A DNA stretch of 62,128 nt, counting the filler, from Platydemus manokwari (lineage: Eukaryota): assembly GCA_037951405.1 (NCBI GenBank). It is 5 parts of 5 records of this genome, joined end to end, with 100 filler letters (N's around TTAATTAATTAA, not from the genome) between each part and the next. Parts side by side here need not be neighbours in the genome. Positions count along the whole stretch, not along the records: positions 26,850 to 44,264 come from JBBMOY011088853.1; 4 more parts are not named here. One strand, given 5' to 3'. The notes beneath the pieces were generated by a model. The model did no database searches. It had not been told where the DNA came from and saw nothing but the letters and a program-made list of their open reading frames with translations. The position numbers and the translations under genes are program-made. Numbering within the stretch: position 1 is the first letter of the stretch; each line of letters opens with the position of its first letter. Below, in pieces: positions 26,852-41,017 of this stretch.

Positions 26852-29800
26852 GTGTCAGAACTCAGTAATCTGTAAATATGTCTATCATCATTTATATCTT
26901 GAGTAATTTGACCATTGAAATCCACACCTCGTAATCCATGTGTATGGAAAGCTAGAATGCTATCTCGAAGACCAACTAAAGAAAAATGATATCATATAAT
27001 AAAGAAATATTAAATTAATTATTAAAAAATTATTTCAATCTACTCTCGATTTACCGATCCAGATGGTATATGGCAAAATCACAAATCAATGTTATTGTTG
27101 TTATTGATTATTTATGCAAATAGATCGATCCGGACAATATTTTAATCAATATTTATTATTATAAAATATTGATCATAAATATTAAAAATATTTATTTAAA
27201 ACAGATTAGCATTTTAAAATATTTTTTAAAACCAAATTTACATTTTCAGTAACATTTATATCTGAAAATATGAATAATTTGCTTTCGAGATTTTTCAACA
27301 GGATCACAGTGACAAGGCGAATAAAATATATTATGTTTGAATGTAAATGTATATTTTTAACAGTAGGCTATGAAATAAGGCAGGTCATTAATATTATCCC
27401 ACAACCGTGCTAGGCATTGCTTTAATTTTTTATAAATTATTGATTGATTTTATTACGAAAATCCAAATGTAACACATGAAAATCTAGTATTAATCTAATG
27501 TATATATATGCCATAGTTCACAACGTTTAAAGTTAAATTATCAATTTTTCAATCCATTCAAAAGTTAACACTAAATCAATCATAGAAATAAATAATCATT
27601 ATAACGCGAAATATCGATTAAATGCATTCTACCGACAAATAATAACTTTATAAATGATTTCAAACAATCTTTTAACACAAGAGATTTAAGGTTATTTTAA
27701 ATTGCTAACAAGGACATCGATTTGATTAGCTAAATGGATTGAATGAAAAATAATGGAAATTGTTTCAAATATTAGAAATTCATAAAAATTAATCGACTAG
27801 TTTTTTTTTAAAAATTTAGTCGAGTTCTATTTTAATTGGATTAAATTCTATTTTAATCAATCGAAAAAGCTTACCAACTGATTCAATATGTGTTCCATAT
27901 TCCAAAGAATTTACTTTATTTCGGCTGGCTTTAACTCTACCATTCATTCCAATAAATATTGCACTATCTAAACATATATAATCGATAAATGGTAGCAGTT
28001 TATATAGATCATTTCCAATAAATCTAATAAAATTGTTGAAGAAAACTAATCGAATAAATGGTTATGAAAACTGTGAATTGTTAATATCGTTATTTACATT
28101 TATAAAATAATGCTAATCGAATCTGAATTATGTTTATATTTGCGTGTTATTTTCACGTAGATATGATAGAAATGATTTTCAATTTTAATAGAATATATGA
28201 TGGATGGATATTATTATGATAGATGGATATCACGGATAACTTATTTAATACTTTATTATCAATATGCATTTAGTATCAAATAATAAACATAATTATCACA
28301 TTATATATATATATATATATATAGAAAATATAAGATAAATGACATTAAATATTAACTGCACATACACATTTCATCATCAATAAATCGCAAATCTTCATTT
28401 CACAAAGACACAGCGATTTCCACATCCAATATAATCAATATCGAATAGTATCGAAATCCACCAATACCAAGCTGATTTTTCACAAGCGTTCTTAATTATA
28501 AACCAAAATCGATATTTGTGAATTGAAAACGATTTAAATAGCAGATATTTGATTTATAGAAGATTGTACGTGTATGTATGTAACGAATTCATACACCGAT
28601 TCAATGTAAATTTTCAAGTAAAGGTCTAACAAATTTTTTGTAAATTTTAATAAAATCAGAAAGGAATTGTTTGTGTTTGATTTCGATAATAACAATTTTT
28701 GGTATGACAAATCCAATTCCATGATTAATCAAAACATTAATTATTGTTCTATAAACAAAACCATGAATGAGTTGTTAATATTTATAAATTATTTCACTGT
28801 TAAATAAGTTTATCGGTCAACAAATAAACACTGGTCGATAATGTTTGATTGAACTTCATAAAATATCCTGATTAAAGTTGCAATGTCAATTGGGGGAAAC
28901 TTCTAAATTTACATTTAAATTCCTTTGATCATAATATTGAAAAAATAACACAATAAATATAAAGATTAATGAAATTTTTCAATCAATATAAAAAAATTGT
29001 AAAAACAAAATATTACTTGGAAAACACACAAGTAGCGTATTAGGTTCAATTTGAAGGACTTTAATCACATCTAATCGATCTTCGGCTAATTGTTAACCAT
29101 TAAATATAAACATAAATGAAAAATTCTACAATTATTTGAAGATTGGAACCACACAGTGCGATTGTTGTCTTGTAAATTAACCAGATTTAACTTATATCGA
29201 TCGGAGTCTTTTGTTTTATAGACACCCAAGCAGACAATTGGAAAATTTTGTTCGCGACTTACAAAGAGATCAAAATTGAGTAAAGGACAAGGCATAACTG
29301 GGACATCAACCTAAAAGCGAAATGAAATAAAAATCGATTTTTTTGTAACATATTATACATACTCTCTTTATTTCAATAAAAGTGCTGCGCGGACTGAACC
29401 ATTCATAAAGAAATATTTGTTTGTTCAATGCTGCACACATATATTTGGAACCAGTAAATGGATTCCTGATAATACTCACCATCTGACAGCTCTTTGTATC
29501 AGGAAATTTGCAACTGGGTCTTAACCGACTATTTGGAAAAAACAAATAAAGAAAGCTGTTTAAAATATCAAATATATATATGACATTACTGAGTATAATA
29601 GTTGGAAAAAAATTAAATGGAGAAATATTTACACCAATATTTTATATTCAAATATATCAGCACACATACCAGGTGTTTATGCTAAGAAAAAAGGTATAAT
29701 CAAGATCACACGCTTTAATTTTACATGTATATTTTAATTGAATTTATATCTAGGGTTCCTAACACTATTCATTAAAATTGTCACAAAATAACAAAATGTA

Positions 29801-32800
29801 ATATATTTAAATTTCAATAAAAGAAACAATATAATAATGAAATAAAATAAATAATTTAGGTTATAGCAGTGATTTAAACAAAAATATACCGCGGTATCAG
29901 TTTACTGGTTAATCGACTCATAGCTTGATCTTGAGTTTGCATTCTAATTAACGATATTAGATTATGAGTATACAGTTGTGGACTGTGACCAGATAATGAC
30001 ATCATAGTATCTCTGATTACGCTAAGCCAAAGACATCTACGAGGTACCAACTGAAAAAAAACACAAAATATAGACTTGATAATTTTAGTAAAGTTAAACA
30101 GTTCTGCTTCAAAGATAAATTATTATTATTTAATATTTCAGTTAGAGCAAATAATAGAATGATTCAAAATAAAATTTATTAAACGTTTCACGAAACAATG
30201 TTAATGTTCAAATATAATCACACTTTATTTCCCAATTTCATGGAGCTAATTTGAAACAGGAATACAATTACGGAAGGAGTTCAGGGTTAAGTGGTAAGTG
30301 AATGAAATGGGTAAAGTGGAATTAATTATTAAATCATTGATTCTCGGTCTTATTCGATAATAAATCAGTAGAAAGGAGTACGAAACCAATCTGTGGCAAA
30401 TGACAAGATTTCAGTCAGCAAATGCCCAATGGCAATTAATCTTACAATACGGTATTAATGCGATAAGTATATATATATAGTAATATTTGTGAATCAAATA
30501 AAACAAAATCTAATATATAGTATTGAAAGAAATAATGTCACAATCTACTGTAAATATCATTTTCTATTGATTAAGAATAGATATGAAAATTTATCGGTCT
30601 TATCTGTGCCTTATAAGAAATCAGCACGAATATACATATTCGACAAAACAATTGTTGAAAAATATCATATTTATTAATAAATCATTCAACAATGTGAAAT
30701 AATCAATAAGTGATTTATAAAATACATAATTTAAAAGATAATTAATACAAAAAAATCAATCAAATGACATACCAAATCCAACTTCCTGTCATGCATTTCA
30801 TTTGTATTAAGATAATAAATGCCGTCATTGGTACCAAGTAAAATTAATTTTTCTGTAATCAAATATTAAAAAATACAAAACTACATATAATATATAATAT
30901 GATAATGAAAAATCAATAAGAAAAATAAAAAATTATCATTTCGAAAGGTAAGAATATTTCACAATTAAAGGATAAAACCCAATATCTACTTCAAAATCAT
31001 TATAAAATCTGGTCGTTCAAATCAAATGATATCGATTATTTTAGTAATCTATTATTCAAGTGCAACTATTTTGGCCAATCATCCTAATGTATTCCCCACT
31101 GTTCTTGTTCTAGACTTTCTTTCAATTTGAAATTAAACGACCAATAATATTAATTTCGAAAATCGTTACATTCACAGAACATTAATAGAACAACTTATTT
31201 ATGTGGCCACAAATCTAGATTTATTTTTCTGAGGAATTAGATATTTTCAAGACAAATGAGTAATATATAATTAGTAATACATAATGAATCATCATAGTGA
31301 TTTTAAATGTATGAATATTTTAAAAGGAGTTTCTTTTTGAGCTTTCAATAACGTGAATCTTCTAAATAATAAAAAAAAGAAACAAATGATCAGCACAATT
31401 AATTAAGATGAACTTTCATAAATTTCAACTTGAACGAACAACTGTCAGGAATTTGCTGGAAAAATACATGATTGGTCAATTTCGAATAAGTCAAAACAAG
31501 AATTTATTCACTTAATTTTAGCTTCATTGAAATATGACAGAACAACCAATCATCATTGAGAAAATAAGCTAACATTTAAATAAGCTATATCTATATTATA
31601 AATTTTGATATTAAAAAAATATGGAGACTATTTGTCAGAGAGAAAAAGATTTTTATTATTTAAGATAAATAAAATTTATAAAAAATTATATAAAAAATTG
31701 ACCTTTTGTTTCGGGATTAATCCACGAAGCAGATGAATTGATTTTCAGAGAACAACCTTCAAAAATAAGAATAAAACAAGCGCCCATCTGATCAATAAGA
31801 ATTAAATAAATTGAATGATTTATGAACAATTTTTTCTCACGTGAACTTTAGGAATTCGTGGAATACTGTTTGGTTCAGTGTCATCGAATAAATCCTGTTT
31901 TTTCTCAGTTTTCTGAAGTTCTGATAAGTATTGGGGAGGTTTTTCCGGTCGAGATGGTTTTTTCAAGCTATTGGAATTTGACACAACACTAATGACTGAT
32001 TTTGGTCGTGGAGGGGGATTAATAGAACCGTCTGATAGTTTATTATTACGAGTGGAAACACTCAGATCACTCATAGATGCTCTTGTTTTTTCATGATATG
32101 GCAAGTTAGAAGAAATCTAATAATCGAAATAATTCACAACAGTCAAATTATTAATAGTGAAATACATTTTCTTGAGTTTTAGCATCTGGTGAACGGAATA
32201 TATCAGCAGTTTCAGGACAATTATCGTAGAAACTATTTCTTTCATACTGACCTTTCAACAGCGATTGATGACCTCTAAAGAAATAGAGAGGAATAAGGTA
32301 TGAATCCAATCAACAAAATCTTTGAAAGAAAAAAAGTAACTTCATTTAAGGTGCGACAATTAAATAAGTGCCATTTATTGAAGGAAAATATAAAAAACTC
32401 AATATATTTGAAAGAATTAATGTAATTCCGCAAAATGCATCTTTTTTTCGGATAATAATATAATTTTTAAAATTAACTCATTTAAACAAATCAATGAACA
32501 TTCACAATTCAATCGATAATTTTTTTTACCAAAATCGATATTAAATTAAATATATAACATTTCGCATAAATTGAGTGGAATTTCGAATTTTATTTGAGAT
32601 AAGAATTAAAAATCTCATTTTGTTACAATGATATATCAATCAATCATTTATTAATCGTATTTAAACAAAAATCAACTGGAGAATTATAAAAGTAATACCA
32701 CTTAAAAATCGTGCTAAATTAAGAACCACCATCGAACCAAAAATAAAATTTATTATGTATAAATAGATAATTTTTAAAGTCTATATATAATGTTTTTATT

Positions 32801-35800
32801 TCGTCGGCATTATTTTCCTTATCAGTCTATCTGGACTATTTAATTTAATTGAATTAAATCGTGAAATTTGTTGATTTTCTTCCGTATATTTTGAAATTAA
32901 TTGAGCAAAACAATTCTAAGAAATATTATATATATGACTGTATCTAATTTATGAAAATAATGATATGAACCGATTATACTAAAATATTAACAAAAATAAT
33001 GAGTGAAAAAAGAAAAACAATGAATGATCTTAAATTGACGTTTGGCAAATGGATCAATATATCTTTGTCTGGTTTTATGTAAATCTTAATCCGACGATAT
33101 AATTGCGTAATGTGTTTCCATTAATCTACCCAACCAAATTTCATTACATTTGTTAAAGAGAATTGGTGTGTTTAAAGGAGAATAATGGATGATATATAAT
33201 AAATAAAGTTATAAATAATATCAAAACAACAAAGCATGCTGGATGATTGTTGAGGGATGTGTAAAACATTATGGAGACATTTACGACATTTTCACTCAAG
33301 GAATTCATTTTCAAAAAATTAAGTTATTATAGTGAGTACAGAGCATACGTTAGCTATGAAAATGAAATTAACAAATACCGTTTCTGCAATTCGTTATCAA
33401 GACTAACCATAAAATCACTGAAACGAATTAAATCTCATATCAAATTTTAACTTCTTACAATTGGAATTTAACATATAAAAGCGTTCATTCACTTCTTTTA
33501 TGATGAATTTGTGGATTAATAAATTTTCTTTCAGTGATTTATAATTTATCAGAATTTTTAGAATAATGAAATATTATTTTCATGTCTTGTTGAACAATAA
33601 ATAATCCACTGGGTGAACAAAACCAAGGTGAACATAAACTGGATTATTATAACGAATATTCCACCAACTTCAAAATAGATTCTTGTAATTATTTCTTCGA
33701 TATTTCGATTATCCACAGGTGTTCTTGGTTAAGCAGTGCAATAAAATTTTCAAAATTAATAAAATTTTCAATAATATTCTTTAAATATCTTAATTATAAT
33801 TTAATCGAAAAGTTAATTATAATATTCAATATGATTATAAGCACCAAGTAAACATAGTTTTATATCAATTCATTGATATCTAGAGGAGTATTTCGATTTT
33901 GTATAGATTTTACTTTTTCTTTGATTACATGCTAGAAGATAATAAGAGCTGTTGTGTTCAGAAATAAGTTTTTACGATCACGTCAATTTCCTGCAATTCT
34001 ATCAAATTTCATCTCAGAATAGATAGCGATTATAGAAAGGATAATTCATCATGAATAATTTATTGATTATCTCTAATGGTTTTATATGAGCTTGAAACTA
34101 CATAAAGAAAGTCTTGATTTTCTAAAAGAAAGCATCCTTTTTCTTATCTCTATTAATCTGATCTAAGAAAAAACTTTTGTTTTTCCGAAGATACCCTTTA
34201 TGCCAAATTTTTTGATAAACATAATTTTTTCTTGTCCAAATAGAACCGAAAAATAAAATAAATTTAGAATACCTTGCCCTCTATGTTCATTATTTATAAA
34301 AACTATTTAATCTTTAAGAAATTGAGCTAATGTTTATATCAACCAATGACAATTATAAGATATAGTGAAATAAGACGGATGTAAGAACATTAGCCATTGA
34401 TGTAGTCATACTTGTGAAATTCTTAAGTAATGTTAGAAAAGAATCAAAATGAAAGGGACAGCAAAGACAATACTAAATTTTTAACAATTGTAGTCTAAAA
34501 AACGCAAGTGGAAACTACTTATATCGTCTTTTTCATCAACTCCTTCATTTTTCATTTCATAATTATCGACTGGGCTTTAATAAATAAAAAATTATAAATT
34601 TAACTTTGGTCTAACGAGTATTTTCTCGACTTTTCGGATAACATATTAAGATCCAAATTGAAAATTTAAACATTAGATCGTTATTTTTGCTAAGCTATTG
34701 CAAATTTTTTAAATATTAAAGTCAAGATTGATTATATAATTCTCAAAAATATGCTTATTATTGTAAACTAAAAAACTTACTCTTCTTCCAGTGTAATGGG
34801 AGGGAGTTGAAAGAATTCTGAAGAGTTGGAAAAGATATCCTGAATGAAAAAACAATGAATTACAGAAGCAACAATACATGATGAATAGTGAACACATTGT
34901 TGAATAATGGTTAATAATATATAGGAAAACACTGACAAACGAATTATCTATAAATCTTGAATAGATTAAACTTAAAAAGTAATTAATATAAGAGAATTAC
35001 TGAAAGGAAAATAAGGATAAATAAGCACATTTATAATGAAATAAGTGTGTATTAATAAATTCAGAATATTCAGTTCTTAAGAATTGTGAAATTGATTAAG
35101 GAAAGTAAAAACATCGTTTGTTTGCATCAAAATTTATTGTTTCCAAAATAACAGACGTTTTTCCGAATATTAAAACAAATCAAAATCTAAGATTTATCTA
35201 ACTGCCCTTTCCCGTAGTTTTAGAGATCTTTTTAGCCACTCAATTCTTCGAGGTTTTGGCTGTCTCTGGAAATCAAGAAGCACTTGATGTGGGCTTAAAA
35301 TGAGAATTTTGGTTATGGCTTTTAGAATCAAAAGCCGTAATGAAATGCATATTAAGTCGATTTCACCAACTAATTCTTAAATCTCTTAATTTCTAATGAT
35401 GCTAAGGCAACTTTTAAAATTGTGAAGGATCTTCTATATTGGTTTGTTGATCTGTGATTACACGTGAGTTTTTCATTTATAACAACTTTCACTGAAATAA
35501 AATCAGAAATCCTAATAAGCACATTTCTTTTTTTACAAGTAAAAACATGGTAGAGAGCAAATGCAAATCTCTCCTTTACATTGAAACAAGATAGAAAAGG
35601 GGTTTGATTATCTTGGTATGGGGTGATAGGTCCATTGCAATAACAATATAAACAAAGAAATATAACAAGATAACCAAAGTTAATATTAAAATATCCTTAA
35701 TTTTTTTACATGATTTTATGATGCAAATTTCTTTGAACGGACCTGTAAATTTGAAATGATTTATGGAAAATTAAAATGAGTGATTTATAAACCATTCCAA

Positions 35801-38800
35801 TTAGCATAATTATAGTTGAACATTAATGAAATTACTTTTTTATGTTCCGTTGTCAATTTGTCATTACCAATAATCAAATTGGACAGGGCTGGTTTCATTC
35901 CATCAATATTGGCAGACTTCTTTTCACTGTTTGGAGAGGAATGGACATTACCAACATTGGGAATGGGAAGTTGTTCCTGAAAATATTTTACAAAAAATAA
36001 ACTAATTAATGATTTATGAAAATAACTGGCACCTTTGATTTCTTGTCGTTGGAAGAAAATATTGGGAGTTTATGATCTTTGTTATTCAATTGCAATAAAT
36101 GTTGTGTTTGTTGCAAGGATAAATGTTCTTGAGTAACAAAATCATGCTAAAATTTATATATTATTATTTATATTTGAGAAATCATCATTACCGTTAACAT
36201 GTTTTCACAATAAGGCCGTTTTTTTTCATTTTTCAACAAAGCATATTTTAGAAAGGAATGAAATTTAAGTGACCTGAAATATTTACATCTTAATTTGATA
36301 ATCAATAATATTATAGTTTATAATAAAACAATTTTATGGAAAATTTATTATTGATAAATCTAAACCAATTGTTTGTCGAAATAAAATTTGGTATATCAAC
36401 ATTACAATTATAATAATTAAAACTTCTACACAAATCGGCGCTAGTTATTCAAAGATCTTGTAAATTAAATTATAAATAAGTAAACATACAGCATATATAT
36501 ACTTGCAATTATAATAACAATTTGAATGCAATTTTGAAACCATTTCAATTTTTAATTCTATTTTTAAGCATCTTTACAATAGATTTGAAACGAAATTTGG
36601 TAAATAAAAATAAAATATTTTAAATTCATCTATTATTATTATTATCATTATTATTATTATTATCATTATTATTATTATATACAAACGTCCAGAGATTTTA
36701 GAAACAATATCGATATTCTGACATCGGTACTGAAGTGGTCGTATTATTTAAATTGTGTTATAGCGGGAATGGATAAATGAATTAGATTGTGTTGCGTAGA
36801 TAAGTGTTATATAATGAATTGTTATGGATATTATATTGGAAAGTTGATTATATTCTTATAACAGATTAGGAAACAGCTTGAGGAGTCAAAATAAAAAGGT
36901 ACCAATTGTTCCGATTTATACATTGAAATATAAATATATGACTGAGAATAGGATCAAGTGCACCAATTTAGTTTAAAAACACATTTTGTTGCAGAAATGT
37001 GAAATAATATTAAATAAATATAAAATCGAGCATATGATGTTAAATAAAATAATTTTTCATAAGAAATCACAATATATTACGTTAAAACATACTAATTTAA
37101 ATGATTAAAAAATTAATAAAAACATACCAATGCTCTTTTCTTTGTAGTTTTGGTGGGGTATATGTTCTTTGGGAGAGAATTTGTAGAGCTCTAACTCGAA
37201 AATTATGAATTACAAACAATTTTTGAAATTTACTTCATTGGATGAAGATCGAATAATGGTGGCTGTAATTCTGCATATTCGATAGCTGTGATTCCCACTG
37301 CCCATACATCACAGCGTTCATCATAACCACCGGCTCGGTTATTAACAGCGGCAACTTCTGGAGCCATCCTATGCGAGACAAAACATGAATCTTGCTATTA
37401 AATTAGTATATTATTACGATTATTATTATGAATTTTATGATTTAATCTTTGACCTGAATACTTAACATAACATTAAATATGAAGAGAAGAATACCATTAT
37501 ATGCTCATCAAGTCGATTAGGACCAATTATGAGTAATAAATAACATTACATTTATAGTCATACCGAATTTGACTGAAATGAGCCCTATATATAATTTGCT
37601 TTCATTTCAAAAAATAGTTTATTATTAAAAAAAATTATTAAACTTTTACATATAAATTTGATTTCAATAAAATTATAAATGACTCAATCATCAAATATAT
37701 AATAAAAAGTTCTGAAATTTATTTCAAAAAACAATTTAACTTTGAGGAATTTTTTTTTAAAAAAAACCCATTATATTTGTATTTTTCAGTGGAATTTAAT
37801 TATTAAAATCATTTTCGATATTTATTTACTTGATTATCAAATCAAATCAATATTAACAAACACACAAACATATATATATATATATATATATCATTATGTA
37901 TAAAGATATATTTCTATTACAAAATGTTGATTTATATAATTGTTGTGCAAAGTAGACCAAAAATCGCAATAAAATCGTGCAATATTTACCAATATAAACA
38001 TTATGTACAAACAGTCTATTGACATCGTTAAAAACAAGAACAAATTGTTAATTGCTTGAAAACAATCAATCAAGTTATACAACACAATTTGTTTACACAT
38101 TGATTTTATTAGAAAATTGTTTGGGATGTGATTCATAAATTATTTACACTTATTGAATGATGTATATGTGTATGATTTCTCTAACATTACACTAATAAAT
38201 GAAATAATATTCACAGGATTAACAAATAAATTCACTACAAACACGGCATTTTTATTGAAAACTGTGAGAAGAATAAAAAAAACTGATTAAAACAAACATG
38301 TTCTATTAGTAATATGATAAAGATAATATTATCTAATTATATTATTATTATCAATATAAATTAAAAATGCTAATAATGTCATTTTAAGAAACAATAAAAA
38401 ATATATTGAATAAAATAAAAATATAATAAAATTTTCAAACCAACCAATATGGTGTTCCAATAAGCGTTGTTCTTTTAGCAACTGTTGTTGATAATTTTGC
38501 AGCTATTCCAAAATCCGCTGCAATGAACAAAAATATATATGAAATAATTATTTATTGATTTGATAACTATTATCAGAATAGGAAAAATGTTCACTAAATC
38601 TCCTTTATCAACCACATACAACAATTTGAAATTTCTTTTCTTTATTTTGAATTTATAAATTATTAAAAATAACATTTAATAAATAATACTCGCGCTACAC
38701 AAAACAATGATGGAAGAACAATTTTCTTTATAAATTCTTTATAAATAATAGAAATACGACCAACATAACAAAACAATAACATGATATCATATTATGATTG

Positions 38801-41017
38801 AGGAATGAACATATTTTCAGAAATAAATTCGAATGATATCGTGTGAACTAAATAGATCCATATCACACCATCAAATTCAGTGAACTGTTAAAATTTATTG
38901 CTCCCATTGACCGTTTATTTCAGATAATTTATTCAAATCAAATTATTTCGTGACAATTTCATTTAAAACTCTATTTTACAAAATATATAAATATTTGCTA
39001 TATATCACATATCCTGAGATAAAATACATTCGTTAATCATTATATATATATAAAGATCCAATCAACTTGTTTCGATCCTAGACAAATATAAAAGAAAGAT
39101 TATTGCAAAAGAGATACAGAAATTGATATGAAAATGGTTGACATTTACAAATGATGCTGACAAATCCATTTAAATTCACGGGACCAAGATATTCGATAAA
39201 AAATTATTTTGTTCAAAGTGATTAATCATCCCAATGAATTTTAGACGATAGGTTCATAGAAAAATACAAATGAAAAACATAAAATGTCAAATGTTAATAT
39301 ATTGCTTTATTATTCATTTTGGAATTGTTTCTTTAATCAAGAAGATAAATAAAAAGAAAATTACGCTTAAGATATTTTTCCACAAGAATATTGGAATAGC
39401 TTTCCACCAAAAAATTGCTTGAAAAATATTTAAAATTTAATTACTGAAATCAGAAACATTTATTTTAAAATTTTCAATCGATAATTGACCTAATTTTGTA
39501 ATCTAATCGATAATTTAAAATCTTATCAATTCCAGGAAAAATAGTGATATTAAATGAGTATATTGATAAAATCAATCAAAATCTGATCAAATTGACAAGG
39601 GATTGATGGTCACCAGTTATAATTAATCAAACGAGAACTCAATCAAATATCAAGATTTACCTTGAAGCCATTCCATACATCTTTATACATCAAACCAGCA
39701 AACAAATTGAAATAATATTTATTATTATGTATTATTAAGCATTTACAAAGTCTGGTGATTATTATAACATGAATATTATTAAATATTAAATGGATTTTCG
39801 ATTAGCGTAATGTTAAGCGAGTTTAAAAGCAATTGATATCAATAATATATTATCAATAATTCCAATGATCAAATAAATCAATAAAATCACCTATTTTAAC
39901 ATCGCCTTGATCAGTGAGCAAAATATTAGCGCCCTTAATAAGATATTTATTCACAAATTGAATATCAAATCAAAACAATCACTTTAATATCACGATGTAT
40001 TCGACCTCTTTTATGCATATAATCAAGACCTTTCAAAGTTTCTCTGGTAATAAATGCTATACAATCTTCTTCAATAGGCCGACGCAGATCTAAATTGAGT
40101 TATTCATACAAATATCACTTTTCAAATCTTATATTCACTTAAATAAATATCTTGCATTGATTGGCCTCCGCAGAATTCCATGCAAATCCACAATTTTGAA
40201 TTTCTATAATTAGAATTTAAAAGCCTTAAAAATCATTATAAGATCATAAAAATAATCGAAGAAGTTATATAAATATAAATCGATCAATATAAGAATAAAA
40301 AGTAAATTGACTTTGATGTATCCGAAGATTCAAATGTTCCTAAACATCTCATGTTTATACATATAATAAACTGGAAAATAAATGAAATTGATGTGGGTTT
40401 ATCAGAAACGATTATCAAAATAAGATGCTTTGGTTTTCATATATATTTCATCTCAAATTTTTTTAATTATGTTTTTAATCAAGAAAAATGATATTTGCAG
40501 TGGAAAATTTTTTATTTGTAAATTTATAAGAACAGTAATTTCAACATTAATTTTTAATTTTTTTCTCAAATTGCTGATGTTAAAGTTATTAGAAAAAATT
40601 ATCTGTAAGATAATACAATTTATATTTTGTATTAAAATGAAATAAATGACTTTTCAGTTTTAAGACAATAATCTTAAGGATAATATTTTTTTATAATAAA
40701 AAAATAACCTACTGTAGATAACTACCAAAAAATTGAACAATATTGTGATGTTTGCATTCTCGTAAGGTATGAATTTCTTGACAAATCGCAGTAACATCAT
40801 CTTTAAGATCAATTTTCATAATCTTGATTGCAACATAATTATGTGTTTTTAGTTGTAATGCCTTAAAATATAATATTTCTGAAATTATTCTTTAAAAAAA
40901 TACTTTATAGACGTCTCCATACGTCCCACTACCAATTTCAGATATTAATTTATATTCATCCTTCGGATTACTATTATTTACAAATTGTCGAATATATTCA
41001 ATATTAGGATGACTCAT
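26852..41017 (-). CDS. MAP4K3: MAP4K3/MAP4K5 (happyhour, GCK-I) family Ste20 kinase with C-terminal CNH domain; final exon(s) unresolved at the 26750-26849 gap
   Basis: Exons (minus): 41017-40904 (MSHP...[10 protein letters not shown]), 40861-40713 (VAIK), 40203-40139 ([10 protein letters not shown]), 40089-39983 (HRDIK), 39933-39891 (GANILL), 38517-38445 (DFG...GTPYW), 37368-37234 (MAPEVAAV...[12 protein letters not shown]), 37190-37128, 36273-36192, 36146-36033, 35976-35836, 34839-34781, 34574-34519, 34421-34412 (microexon), 33417-33379, 32274-32166, 32116-31841 (PPPRPK, IPKVH), 31787-31703 (MGACF...WINPET), 30852-30773, 30050-29890, 29528-29363, 29310-29130, 29085-29017, 27967-27875, 26975-26852 ([10 protein letters not shown]...IYRLLSSD). 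All junctions are GT-AG with consistent phases. Confidence 0.95.
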
